A DNA stretch of 64,000 nucleotides from an uncultured Gemmatimonadales bacterium (lineage in GTDB: Bacteria > Gemmatimonadota > Gemmatimonadetes > Gemmatimonadales > Gemmatimonadaceae), in the NCBI GenBank assembly GCA_963707505.1, contig CAVPQB010000004.1, forward strand, positions 1,248,001-1,312,000, written 5' to 3'. Positions 50,859-60,291 of the stretch are shown piece after piece. The notes below the pieces were generated by a model. That model was not told the DNA's origin. It saw only the letters and a list, made by a program, of their open reading frames with translations, and made no database searches. The stretch's first letter is position 1. Each line of letters starts with the position of its first letter. A program made the translations under genes and the position numbers.

Positions 50859-53513
50859 ATGCGATTGCGGACTCTCGGCCGCTTCGAGCTCGTGGACGAC
50901 GAACCGTTCGCCCCGCGTGCGCTAGCTTCGCAACCGAAGCGCCTCGCATTGCTCGCGTACCTTGCGTTGGCCACACCACGCGGCCCTCATCGCCGCGACA
51001 CACTCCTCGCGCTGTTCTGGCCGGAGCTGGACGAAGACCACAGCCGCCTCGCGCTGCGCCAGGCCCTTCACGCGCTCCGCAAGTCGCTCGGCGATACCAC
51101 GCTCCACTCACTCGCTGACGATCGCGTCACGCTCACCGATGCCTGTGAATGGTGCGATGCAGTGGCGTTCGGGCGAGCGATGACAGAGAATCGTGACGCT
51201 GACGCTGTCGCCCTGTACGCGGGGCCATTCTTCGACGGTATTTTCATCGCTGATGCGTCGGCGGAATTCGAGCAGTGGGTCGGGGTTAATCGTGTACGCC
51301 TCCGTGAAAGCGCTCGCGCCGCCGCGACCCGGCTCGCTCTCGCGACGCGTGCCAACGGCGATGCGGCAGGGGCGCTGCGCTGGGCTGAACGCGCGTGGGC
51401 GATCGCACCTGAAGATGAAGCGGGAGTGCGCTTCCTGATGGATGCGCTCGGCCGGATCGGCGACCGCACGCGCGCGCTACGCATCTATGAACTATTCTCG
51501 AGACGGCTCGAAACCGAGCTCGATGCAGAGCCGGACGACGAAACAGTCGAGCTCGCGGCGACGCTTCGGTTCGCACCAGCAGTCGCGTTGATCGCCGACC
51601 TGCAATCGTCCGACGACCGCGCGCCTTCTGACGGTCCAGATGCGTCCGCACAATCGAATGTTCAGCCAGAATCCGAGCCCGAAACGAACGGATCCTCAGC
51701 GAACCATTCCTCGGGCCTGTCGCAACTCGTGTCTTCAAATACTCCCGCTCTGGTTGCGGCCAGCGGAGTAATCCCAATCCGTCAATTCGGATCTCTCAAT
51801 GCATGGGTGCGCACCGCAGTACTCGCGGCCGCGATCGTCGCTGCTGCCGTGCTCCCCCGTCTGTCGATGCCGGCACTCAGAGCATTCGCTCACCTTCGCG
51901 CCGCGCCGTCTGGTGCGAGCGTCGGATCTGACGTGCTGAGAACGCGTTCGGCTGTCGCGCGGAGCTTGTATGAAGAGGGCGTGCATGCGTACTCTGCGAA
52001 CGAGCCCGTAACGGCCGAGCAGCTTTTCAACGCGGCAATCGCAACCGACAGTACACTCGCGATTGCCGCATACTTTGCAGCACGCACAAACATGCGTGAT
52101 GACCATCCCACCAACCTGGAGCGTGCTGACGGATTCTTTCGGCTCGCCATCAGGCAGTCATCGAACGTCCCCGATCGCGAGAGACTTCTCATCGCGGAGG
52201 CGTCTGCCGATTTTGGAAACGATCCTGCGCGGCTCGCACTGGCGGAGACGCTTGCGGTCCGGTATCCGCGCGACGCGGTCGGACAGTTTCGAGTCGGATA
52301 TGACCGGATGTGGGCCGGCGCATTCCTGTCTGCGATTGTGCCGTTCCGCGCGGCGTTTGCCATGGACTCAGCCAACCTGACCGACAGTCGTTCGGACTGT
52401 GTGGCGTGCGACGTTCTCAGAAATGAAATCGTGGCTTACCGTATGGCAGACTCACTTGGGGCCGCGGAGCGCGTCGCGCGGGAATGGGTCCGGGACGCAC
52501 CAATGCTGCCGGCGGGATGGCGCGAGCTTGCGGTGGTCCTCGCAGTCGAAGGACGCTACAAGGAAGCCAAAGGCGCGTACGGGGAATCGGCGGATCGCAG
52601 TCGTAACGGTGCCGGCCTCACGCGCGACATGGCAGATCTCGCGATTCGAGCCGGAGATTTCGACGGCGCTGACAGGTTACTCGCCGGCAGCCTCGCCGGG
52701 GGGAGCGCCCAGCAGCGCCAGCAAGCCATATGGCTGTCCGTGGTGAGCCTGCGTAGCCAGGGAAAGTTGCGCGATGCACTGGAAGCTGCGCGAGCGTTAC
52801 GGGTCGGCGAACGACGATCGGGTGTTGGCGTGAACGTTCAATTGTACGACGCACTCCCCGAAGCGCAGGTTCTGCTCGAAATGGGGCGCGCGCGCGACGC
52901 GACTGTTCTCTTCGATTCCATCGGACACGAAGGTGTACGTGCACTTCGTCCTGGACTCGATGCGCGGCATGCTGCGTGGACAGCAACACTCACAGCGGAA
53001 GCGGTTGCCGAGTCGGGCGACACGACGGCACTGCCGCACCTGATCGAACTGGTGAGGCGCGCTGGCGCAATCAGTGCATACGGACGCGATCAACTACTGG
53101 TGCATCACGTTCGTGCACTTCTACTCACATCGAAAGGTGATCTCCCGGGTGCGGTGATCGAATTCCGGCGAGCAATATTCTCCAGGACACTCGGTTACAC
53201 GCGCACCAACTACGACCTGGCGCGGGTGTTGACACGGCTCGGCCGCCCGACTGAAGCGATCGCAGTTTTGCAGCCCGCTTTCCGCGGTGAGCTCGATGGC
53301 TCGAATATGTACGTCACGCGTACGGACCTGCACGAGGCGCTGGCGCGGGCGTTCGATCTGGCCGGTATGCGCGACAGTGCGATTGTGCACTATGAAGCAG
53401 CCATATCGGCATGGAGAGCGGCGGACGGCAGTATCCGTCCGCGACGCGACAGCGCCGCTTCACGCGTGGCGGCTCTTGGTGCTCTGGCAGCAACGCGTAC
53501 AACAAGGCGCTGA
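50859..53513 (+). CDS. SARP/AfsR-family regulator: winged helix + BTAD, hydrophobic segment, C-terminal TPR-like domain
   Basis: LRTLGRFE, KRLALLAYLAL, RDTLLALFWPE, LRQALHALRK, ALYAGPFFDG, EFEQW, ELDAEPDDET; helical repeats in the C-terminal half; no P-loop seen. Confidence 0.9.
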   Translation: MRLRTLGRFELVDDEPFAPRALASQPKRLALLAYLALATPRGPHRRDTLLALFWPELDEDHSRLALRQALHALRKSLGDTTLHSLADDRVTLTDACEWCDAVAFGRAMTENRDADAVALYAGPFFDGIFIADASAEFEQWVGVNRVRLRESARAAATRLALATRANGDAAGALRWAERAWAIAPEDEAGVRFLMDALGRIGDRTRALRIYELFSRRLETELDAEPDDETVELAATLRFAPAVALIADLQSSDDRAPSDGPDASAQSNVQPESEPETNGSSANHSSGLSQLVSSNTPALVAASGVIPIRQFGSLNAWVRTAVLAAAIVAAAVLPRLSMPALRAFAHLRAAPSGASVGSDVLRTRSAVARSLYEEGVHAYSANEPVTAEQLFNAAIATDSTLAIAAYFAARTNMRDDHPTNLERADGFFRLAIRQSSNVPDRERLLIAEASADFGNDPARLALAETLAVRYPRDAVGQFRVGYDRMWAGAFLSAIVPFRAAFAMDSANLTDSRSDCVACDVLRNEIVAYRMADSLGAAERVAREWVRDAPMLPAGWRELAVVLAVEGRYKEAKGAYGESADRSRNGAGLTRDMADLAIRAGDFDGADRLLAGSLAGGSAQQRQQAIWLSVVSLRSQGKLRDALEAARALRVGERRSGVGVNVQLYDALPEAQVLLEMGRARDATVLFDSIGHEGVRALRPGLDARHAAWTATLTAEAVAESGDTTALPHLIELVRRAGAISAYGRDQLLVHHVRALLLTSKGDLPGAVIEFRRAIFSRTLGYTRTNYDLARVLTRLGRPTEAIAVLQPAFRGELDGSNMYVTRTDLHEALARAFDLAGMRDSAIVHYEAAISAWRAADGSIRPRRDSAASRVAALGALAATRTTRR

Positions 53514-53652
53514 TCGCCGCGTCTTCCAATTCTCGGGGTTTCGCGCGGCCGACAGGCCTGGGCTGAGTGACATCCACAAACCCGATGCGCATCCGATTCC
53601 GATCGCGCGTAAATGGGCTACGCGGGGATGAATCTGCGCCCTGCGCGGGCGT

Positions 53653-54774
53653 TTAACGGCCCTTCGCGCCCTCTTCCACGCTCTTCAGAAACTGCCTGAA
53701 CAGCGGCTGCGCGTCGTGCGGTCCCGGAGCAGCCTCGGGATGATATTGCACGGCGAACACCGGCAGTGTGCGATGACGCAGCCCCTCGACCGACTTGTCG
53801 TTCAGGTTCACGTGCGTCACCTCGAGCTCGGGCGCGCCCGGAATACCGGTGTCGTCTCCCTTCACCGAGAAGCCATGATTCTGCGACGTGATCAGCACGC
53901 GTCCCGTCGCGACATCGAGCACTGGATGGTTTCCGCCACGATGCCCGTATGGCATCTTGGTCGTAGCGCCGCCAAATGCGAGACCGATTAGCTGGTGACC
54001 CAGGCAGATGCCGAACAACGGAATGCCGGAATTGGCCAGCTCGCGCACGGTCTCGGGCGCGTATGTGATCGCGTCCGGATCACCCGGGCCGTTGGACAGA
54101 AAGACGCCGTCCGGATGCATCGCGAGCACGTCCTTCGCCGGCGTCTCCGCTGGGACGATCGTCACTCGGCAATCAGTCTTCTCGAACAGCCGAAGGATAT
54201 TGCGCTTGATCCCGAAGTCATACGCTACGATGTGATGCGGCGCGTTCGCTTCGCCCCATTCGTAGCTCTCCTGCGTGCTCACCACGCTCGCGAGGTCGAG
54301 GCCTTCCATCGAAGGACAGGATTCGAGCTGAGCCACGACTTCAGGTGACGGACTCTCGCCGCGGCCGAGGATTCCGCGCATCACTCCGGCGGACCTCAAG
54401 TGCTTTGTGAGGCGGCGCGTATCGATGTCTTCCAGGATCGGAACGCCGGCTCCGGTCAGCCACGAAAGCAGATCACCGTCCGCGCGCCAGTTGGAATACG
54501 TCGCTGACAATTCGCGCACTACCACGCCCGCGACCTGTGCGCGCGCGGACTCGGGGTCTTCCAGATTGACACCGTAATTGCCGATCTGCGGCGCGGTCAT
54601 CACCACGATCTGGCCGCGGTAGGACGGATCAGAAAACACTTCCTGATAGCCGGTCATGTTCGTTGTGAAAACGACTTCAGCGCCCTCGACCGGCGGCTCG
54701 CCGTGGAGACGGCCGTGAAAAAGGGTTCCGTCTTCGAGAAGAAGGAACCCTGGACCAACTGAGACAGCTGCCAC
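53653..54774 (-). CDS. carA: Carbamoyl-phosphate synthase small subunit
   Basis: LLEDGT, FTTNMTGYQE, IGNYG, SNGPGDP, GICLGHQ, QNHGF, QYHPEAAPGPHD. Confidence 0.97.
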   Translation of the reverse strand: MAAVSVGPGFLLLEDGTLFHGRLHGEPPVEGAEVVFTTNMTGYQEVFSDPSYRGQIVVMTAPQIGNYGVNLEDPESARAQVAGVVVRELSATYSNWRADGDLLSWLTGAGVPILEDIDTRRLTKHLRSAGVMRGILGRGESPSPEVVAQLESCPSMEGLDLASVVSTQESYEWGEANAPHHIVAYDFGIKRNILRLFEKTDCRVTIVPAETPAKDVLAMHPDGVFLSNGPGDPDAITYAPETVRELANSGIPLFGICLGHQLIGLAFGGATTKMPYGHRGGNHPVLDVATGRVLITSQNHGFSVKGDDTGIPGAPELEVTHVNLNDKSVEGLRHRTLPVFAVQYHPEAAPGPHDAQPLFRQFLKSVEEGAKGR

Positions 54775-54781
54775 GGAGTTC

Positions 54782-55171
54782 CTACTTCTTGGGAGGTGTG
54801 GTGGCAGGCGCAGGATTCGCCGGTGCCGGATTCGCCGGTGTGAGCGGTATCGCCGGAGCAGCGGAACTTGGCGATGGTACAGTCAGCGGAGCCGGAGCGC
54901 CCAGCTTGCCTTCGAGGACGGACTTCGGCGCGCGCTGCTGCGTCGACATCAACTGAAGGATGAAGGCGAGCGCGAGGAAGAGGCCGCCGCCCCACCAGGA
55001 GATCTTGGTGAGCAGATTGCCGGCCTGTCGTACTCCGATGAAGGAGTCGGGCGAGGAGCTGGCGCCGCCAAAGCTGGCGGATAGACCCTGACCGGTTCCG
55101 CTTTGCAGCAGAATCGCCACGATCAGGATGACGCTGACCAGGATCAGGAGGAATAGGAGAAATGTGTACAT
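54782..55171 (-). CDS. secG: Preprotein translocase subunit SecG
   Basis: Two TM helices, LLQSGTGQGLSASFGG, NLLTKISW; follows tpiA; Pro/Ala-rich tail with a PANPA duplication. Confidence 0.93.
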   Translation of the reverse strand: MYTFLLFLLILVSVILIVAILLQSGTGQGLSASFGGASSSPDSFIGVRQAGNLLTKISWWGGGLFLALAFILQLMSTQQRAPKSVLEGKLGAPAPLTVPSPSSAAPAIPLTPANPAPANPAPATTPPKK

Positions 55172-55181
55172 GTAGCCCTTA

Positions 55182-55210
55182 AATCTAGACTATGCGGAGC
55201 AGATGGACAA
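55182..55210 (-). promoter_or_regulatory. Internal sigma70 promoter for secG-carA
   Basis: Minus strand TTGTCC-17 nt-TAGATT overlapping the tpiA 3' end. Confidence 0.4.
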
Positions 55211-55936
55211 CCAGCTATCCGGTTCCAGGCTGGCTCCGCCCACGAGCACGCCGTCCACGTTGTCCGCGGCCAGAATCTGCTCGACGTTGGCGGGGGTGAC
55301 GCTGCCGCCGTAAAGAATCCTGACCTCCGCGGCTCTATCACCTACGAGATCCCGGAGTACCGACCTGAGCACCCCATGTGTTTCTGCGGCATCTTGAGGA
55401 GTCGCGTTCTTGCCGGTTCCAATGGCCCAGACGGGCTCATACGCTATCACGGATGTGGTGAGCTCGACCTGGTCCAGTTGCGCAAGCCCAGCGCGGAGCT
55501 GGCGGGTCACGACGCTCGCCGTCTCGCCGCGATTGCGCTCATCCAGTGTCTCGCCAACGCACAGAAGCGGCGTCAATCCGGAACGTTCGACCATGGCGCA
55601 TTTTTTCGCAGTGTCTTCGTCGGTCTCGCCGAACACGTGCCGGCGTTCCGAATGTCCGACCAGCACGTAATCCGCGCCCGCGTCCTTCGCCATCGGCGCC
55701 GAGTTCTCACCGGTGAACGCACCACGCTCGGCGTAATAGACATTCTGAACACCAAATTTGAACGGCGACGGATCGCCCGCAGCAGCGCGCGCGGAAGCGA
55801 ACGAGAGCGCCGGCGGAAAGATGATCATCTCGACGTCGAAACGACGCCAGCGATGCCGTAATTCAGACACGATTCCAGCGGCCGCGGTTGGGCCGTGGTT
55901 CATCTTCCAGTTGGCGGCGAAGATCTGCTGTCTCAT
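55190..55936 (-). CDS. tpiA: Triosephosphate isomerase (in frame with pgk as sequenced)
   Basis: AANWKMN, GAFTGE, VGHSERR, AYEPVWAIGTG, LYGGSV, LVGGASL. Confidence 0.95.
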   Translation of the reverse strand: MRQQIFAANWKMNHGPTAAAGIVSELRHRWRRFDVEMIIFPPALSFASARAAAGDPSPFKFGVQNVYYAERGAFTGENSAPMAKDAGADYVLVGHSERRHVFGETDEDTAKKCAMVERSGLTPLLCVGETLDERNRGETASVVTRQLRAGLAQLDQVELTTSVIAYEPVWAIGTGKNATPQDAAETHGVLRSVLRDLVGDRAAEVRILYGGSVTPANVEQILAADNVDGVLVGGASLEPDSWLSICSA

Positions 55937-57130
55937 GCGTCGTCGAGCGCACATGACACCAGGCAATGGCTTCCCTTCCATGAATTCGAGCGACGCGCCG
56001 CCGCCGGTCGACACGTGACTCATCTTGTCTTCGAATCCCGATTCAGCGATTGCGGCAGCCGAGTCACCGCCGCCGACAATCGTCGTTGCACCCTTCGCCG
56101 TCGCTTCGGCCATCGCCTTCGCGATCAGCAGCGTACCTGCGTCATACGGCGGTTTCTCGAACACGCCCATCGGCCCGTTCCACACGACCGTCTTCGCTGC
56201 GGCGATCGCGCGCGAGTACGAGAGGATCGTATCCGGACCAATGTCAAACATGGCCTCGTTTGCGGGAATCGCATCACGCTTGACTACGTGCATGTGATCA
56301 ACATCATCCAGGCTCGGCGCAACCATTGCGTCGTGCGGGAGGATCAATCGTGTACCCGATGTCTCGATGAGCTCGTGCGCAAGATCCACCTTGTCCAGCT
56401 CGACGAGCGACTTGCCGACTTCGTAGCCCATCGCCTTGTAGAACGTGCACGCCATCGCTCCGCCGATCAAAAGCGCATCGACTTTCGGAAGCAGCTCGCG
56501 TATGACGTCGATCTTGCCGGATATCTTGGAGCCGCCGAGTATCGCGACGAATGGACGCTTGGGATCGGCGAGCGCGCCACCGAGGTAGTCCAGCTCCTTC
56601 TGCATCAACAATCCGGCGACGGCGGGATGCAGATACTTCGCGACGCCGGCGGTGGATGCGTGCGCACGATGCGCGGCGCCGAACGCATCGTTCACGAACA
56701 CGTCGCCGAGCTCTGCGAACGTGCGCGCGAGTCGATCGTCGTTCTTCTCCTCACCTGCGAGAAAGCGGGTGTTCTCGAGCAGGAGAATCTCGCCGTCGAC
56801 CAACTCGTGCGATGCTTTGATCGCCTCGTCGGTATCCGTAGTCTCGCAGAATACGACGTGATGACCGCTCAGTCGCTCGAGCACATCTGCGACCGGCTGC
56901 AGCGAATAGCGCTCGTCCGGTTTGCCCTTGGGTCGGCCGAGGTGCGAGAGCACCACGGGACGCCCGCCGCGCTCGAGTATGTAGCTGAGGGTGGGAAGCG
57001 ACGCCCGGATTCGAGTGTCATCTGTAACGTTACACTTGTCATCGAGCGGAACGTTCAGATCGAGCCGCACGAGTATTCGGCGCGAGCAGAGCAGCGAATC
57101 TGGCAGATCGCGGATCGTCTTCTTCTTCAC
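55933..57130 (-). CDS. pgk: Phosphoglycerate kinase (3' end affected by a probable one-base insertion)
   Basis: RLDLNVP, SHLGRP, LLENTRF, NDAFGAAHRAHAS, WNGPMGVFE, GGGDS, STGGGASLE; the shifted frame reads ALDDA* with ATGA overlap to tpiA. Confidence 0.93.
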
Positions 57131-57140
57131 GCGCCGACGC

Positions 57141-58160
57141 TCAGCTGAGGCGTGCGCTGACGAATCGTATCAGATCCACGCAGCGTGATGCGTAGCCCCA
57201 CTCGTTGTCATACCAGCCGGAGACCTTCACCATGGTGCCGTCGATGACATTGGTGTTGAGCGAATCGAAGATGCACGAGTACGGATCGCCGATGTAGTCG
57301 CACGAGACGAGTGGAACGTCCGTGTACTTCAGGAATCCGTTGAGAGGTCCGCCGGCGGCCGCTTCACGAAACGCGGTGTTCACTGCCTCGATGCTGGTCG
57401 GCTTCTCGACCTCGACCGTGAGCTCGGTGAGCGATACGTCCACAGTCGGAACGCGAATCGCGATTCCGTCGATCCTGCCCTTCACTTCCGGTATCACGAG
57501 ACCGGTTGCCTTTGCGGCGCCAGTCGTCGTCGGAATCATGGAGACAGCAGCAGCGCGTGCGCGACGCAAGTCCTTATGGGGCGAATCGAGAAGCTGCTGG
57601 TCGTTGGTGTAACTGTGAATCGTCACCATCGACGCGTGCTTGAATCCGAACGAATCGCGAATGACCTTCACCATCGGCGCCAGACAGTTGGTGGTGCACG
57701 ACGCATTGGAGATGACGTGATGACTCTTCGCGTCGTACTTGTCGGAGTTGACACCCATCACGAGAGTGATGTCCTCGCCCTTGCCCGGCGCGGAGATGAT
57801 GACCTTTCGTGCACCGCCGTCGTCTATGTGCTTGCGCGCGTCCGTGGCGTTGGTAAAGCGGCCGGTGGCCTCGAGCACTATGTCGACACCAAGCTGGCGC
57901 CACGGCAGGAGGCCGGGATCGCGCTCGGTCAGGACTTTCACATCGTGGCCGTCGATGTGCACCATCCCGTCGCCGTGCGACACGTCGCCCTCGAAGGTGC
58001 CATGGACGGAGTCGTACTTGAAGAGATGCGCAAGCGTACGCGTGTCGGTGAGGTCGTTGACCGCGACGAAATCGATGTCGGCTACTTCCTGTTCCAGCGC
58101 GGCACGAAGCACCTGCCGTCCGATTCGTCCAAAGCCGTTGATGCCAACACGAATTGCCAT
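57141..58160 (-). CDS. gap: Glyceraldehyde-3-phosphate dehydrogenase type I
   Basis: INGFGRIGR, SNASCTTNCLAP, TTGAAKA, RVPT, WYDNEWGY. Confidence 0.98.
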   Translation of the reverse strand: MAIRVGINGFGRIGRQVLRAALEQEVADIDFVAVNDLTDTRTLAHLFKYDSVHGTFEGDVSHGDGMVHIDGHDVKVLTERDPGLLPWRQLGVDIVLEATGRFTNATDARKHIDDGGARKVIISAPGKGEDITLVMGVNSDKYDAKSHHVISNASCTTNCLAPMVKVIRDSFGFKHASMVTIHSYTNDQQLLDSPHKDLRRARAAAVSMIPTTTGAAKATGLVIPEVKGRIDGIAIRVPTVDVSLTELTVEVEKPTSIEAVNTAFREAAAGGPLNGFLKYTDVPLVSCDYIGDPYSCIFDSLNTNVIDGTMVKVSGWYDNEWGYASRCVDLIRFVSARLS

Positions 58161-58173
58161 GTTTCTATCCTCG

Positions 58174-58950
58174 CTAAGGCATGTCGCCCGCTGCGCGGGC
58201 TCGCCCGAATGTGACGTAAGAGATGATGCGCGCGCCTCCGGTGTGAAGCGCGTTCGCGCAAGCGTTCAGTGTGGCCGCGGTGGTCACGACGTCGTCCACC
58301 AGCACCACGTGTCGTCCGGCTAATTCCCTGCCCTCAAGAACAGTAGCGAATGCGCCGGCCACATTGCGCAGACGATCGCCGGGCGTCAGGCGCGTCTGGG
58401 TCTCGGTAGCTCGGCGCCTAACGAGTGCTTCCTGCACGGCGATGCCCCACCGCTCACCCAGAAGGCGCGCCAGAAGCTCGCTCTGGTTGTAGCCGCGCTC
58501 GCGAGCCCGTGCTGGGGCAAGCGGCACGGGAACGAGCAGATCGCGCTCCTCGGTGACGTCCAGAGGAAAATTAAGCCGCGCCATTTGTTCTGCCATTGGC
58601 TCGGCGAGCGCGGTCCAGCCGGAATACTTGAGCTTGTGGACTATTTCGCCTGCCGGGCCACCCGGCACCCAGCAGACGGATCTGACGGCCCTGACGAATG
58701 GTGGCAGCGCCTCACACCAGCGGCAGGAGCCGGGCGACCGCGGGTGTCCGCAGCGCGCGCACTGTGGCGCCGGCAGCCGGGCGAGCCGACTCAGGCACAG
58801 GGTGCAGAGAACCCTGTGATCCGACTCACCAAGCGCCCCGTCGCAGCAGACACAGGTGCGGGGGAGGAGAAAGTCGAGCGTCGACCGGAACGCAACGGCG
58901 GACCAGGTTTCGAGGAGGCGACGGCTGTCTCTGAGCGTAACGGAGACCAT
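58174..58950 (-). CDS. comF: ComF family (double zinc ribbon + PRTase) protein
   Basis: CVCC, CTLC, CARCG, CRWC; VPVPL, RGYNQS, LVDDVVTT; start uncertain (58950 or 58974). Confidence 0.9.
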   Translation of the reverse strand: MVSVTLRDSRRLLETWSAVAFRSTLDFLLPRTCVCCDGALGESDHRVLCTLCLSRLARLPAPQCARCGHPRSPGSCRWCEALPPFVRAVRSVCWVPGGPAGEIVHKLKYSGWTALAEPMAEQMARLNFPLDVTEERDLLVPVPLAPARARERGYNQSELLARLLGERWGIAVQEALVRRRATETQTRLTPGDRLRNVAGAFATVLEGRELAGRHVVLVDDVVTTAATLNACANALHTGGARIISYVTFGRARAAGDMP

Positions 58951-59020
58951 TGATCTGGAATGGATGCGGCCCACAAAGCGTAGTCGTTCCTGCTATCGCG
59001 GGAATGATGACTCTCGGTCT

Positions 59021-59827
59021 CTACCCCAGCGCACCCCACATCACCTCGCGATTCGGCTCGACGCCCAGCCACCTGCGAAATGATCGCGCCGCCTGCTCTA
59101 CCAGCATCGGCAGTCCATCTGAGGCCGCATGCCCTGCGTCGCGTGCCGCTCGCACCCACGCCGTTTCGCCGTGGCGGTAAACAAGATCCAGCACGGGGCA
59201 CTTTTCGGGCAAGGCGGCAATCGGCACGGGAAGCTCGTCATCCGACATTCCCATCGGTGTTGCATTTACGACAAGATCGGCACCCTTCACCGCTGACAAC
59301 AGGTCTGCTTCCGCGCGCGTGCGAGCAAATCGATGCGCGAGTGTCTCTGCACGCTTAAGGTCGCGACTCCAGATCACGAGCTCGGTGTCATCCCAATCAC
59401 AAATCGCGGTTGCAGCGGCGGCGGCAGCCCCACCGGCCCCGACGAGCGCCACGCGCTTCGGCATCTCGGAGCGCGCGCTCAGCATCAATTCACGCGCCGC
59501 GAAGTCGAAGCCGGCTACATCGGTGTTGTCGCCGATCAGCGCGCCCTCCTGTACCCAGAATGTGTTCACTGCACCCGCTCGCTCCGCGACGTTGGTAACA
59601 TGGTCGCAGATGTCGAACACCGATTGCTTGTGCGGAATAGTGATGTTTCCGGCTGCCCCTTCAACGCGGAGTGCGCGTAGCATCGCGCGCAACTGCGCGG
59701 GCAGTATGTCGAGAGCGACATATTCGAGCGGTATTGCGGCTGCGCGCAATGCCGCGTTATGGATTCTCGGTGAGAGCGAGTGCGCTACAGGATGGCCAAG
59801 CAGCACCAGCCGCGCGGGACGGTTCAC
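59021..59827 (-). CDS. aroE: Shikimate dehydrogenase
   Basis: GHPVAHSLSP, NITIPHK, GAVNT, NTD, GAGGAA, NATPMGM, MLVEQA. Confidence 0.96.
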   Translation of the reverse strand: MNRPARLVLLGHPVAHSLSPRIHNAALRAAAIPLEYVALDILPAQLRAMLRALRVEGAAGNITIPHKQSVFDICDHVTNVAERAGAVNTFWVQEGALIGDNTDVAGFDFAARELMLSARSEMPKRVALVGAGGAAAAAATAICDWDDTELVIWSRDLKRAETLAHRFARTRAEADLLSAVKGADLVVNATPMGMSDDELPVPIAALPEKCPVLDLVYRHGETAWVRAARDAGHAASDGLPMLVEQAARSFRRWLGVEPNREVMWGALG

Positions 59828-60291
59828 GCTGTGCCCGAGGTGTGTTCAGAGAGTAACCGGTCGAGCACGGGTTCGAGCATCATTTCGATTGCATCCGCGG
59901 CTATGCGGTAATCGTCGAGATTGCCACCGTAGGGATCCGCGACTGGTCGCATCGATTTGCCGTGCGAGCCGTACTCATCGAGCAGGTAAACGCGTGCGTG
60001 GGGCACTACCGATCGAATTCCCGCGAGATGGCTCGATGCCATGGCGAGTATGATCGTGTCGCTCGAGACCGCTGCTGGAAGCAGAGGACGACTGCGATGT
60101 CTGGACAGATCAACGTCACGCTCGAGTCCGACCAGAATTGCACCGTCGGTCGCGGGTGATCCAAGCGCTGCACCTGTTCCGGCGCTCGCAAACGTCGCAT
60201 CGATGCCGCGCGCTTGCGCCGCGCGCCGCGCGAGCGCTTCCGCAAGCGGACTCCTGCACGTGTTGCCGGTGCAAACGAATATCACCTTCAT
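59824..60291 (-). CDS. Low-molecular-weight protein phosphatase, YwlE-like (arginine phosphatase signature)
   Basis: FVCTGNTCRSPLAE, SAGT, VADPYGG; ATGA-coupled to tsaC. Confidence 0.88.
   Translation of the reverse strand: MKVIFVCTGNTCRSPLAEALARRAAQARGIDATFASAGTGAALGSPATDGAILVGLERDVDLSRHRSRPLLPAAVSSDTIILAMASSHLAGIRSVVPHARVYLLDEYGSHGKSMRPVADPYGGNLDDYRIAADAIEMMLEPVLDRLLSEHTSGTA

Noticed and set aside
53606..53655. Short hairpins between the SARP gene and carA as terminators or ncRNA
   Set aside because: Stems of only 5-6 bp in GC-rich DNA with a minimal U-tract; not distinguishable from chance.
54813..54840. GGATTCGCCGGTG direct repeat
   Set aside because: Encodes PANPA twice in the low-complexity SecG tail; only two copies and not CRISPR-like.
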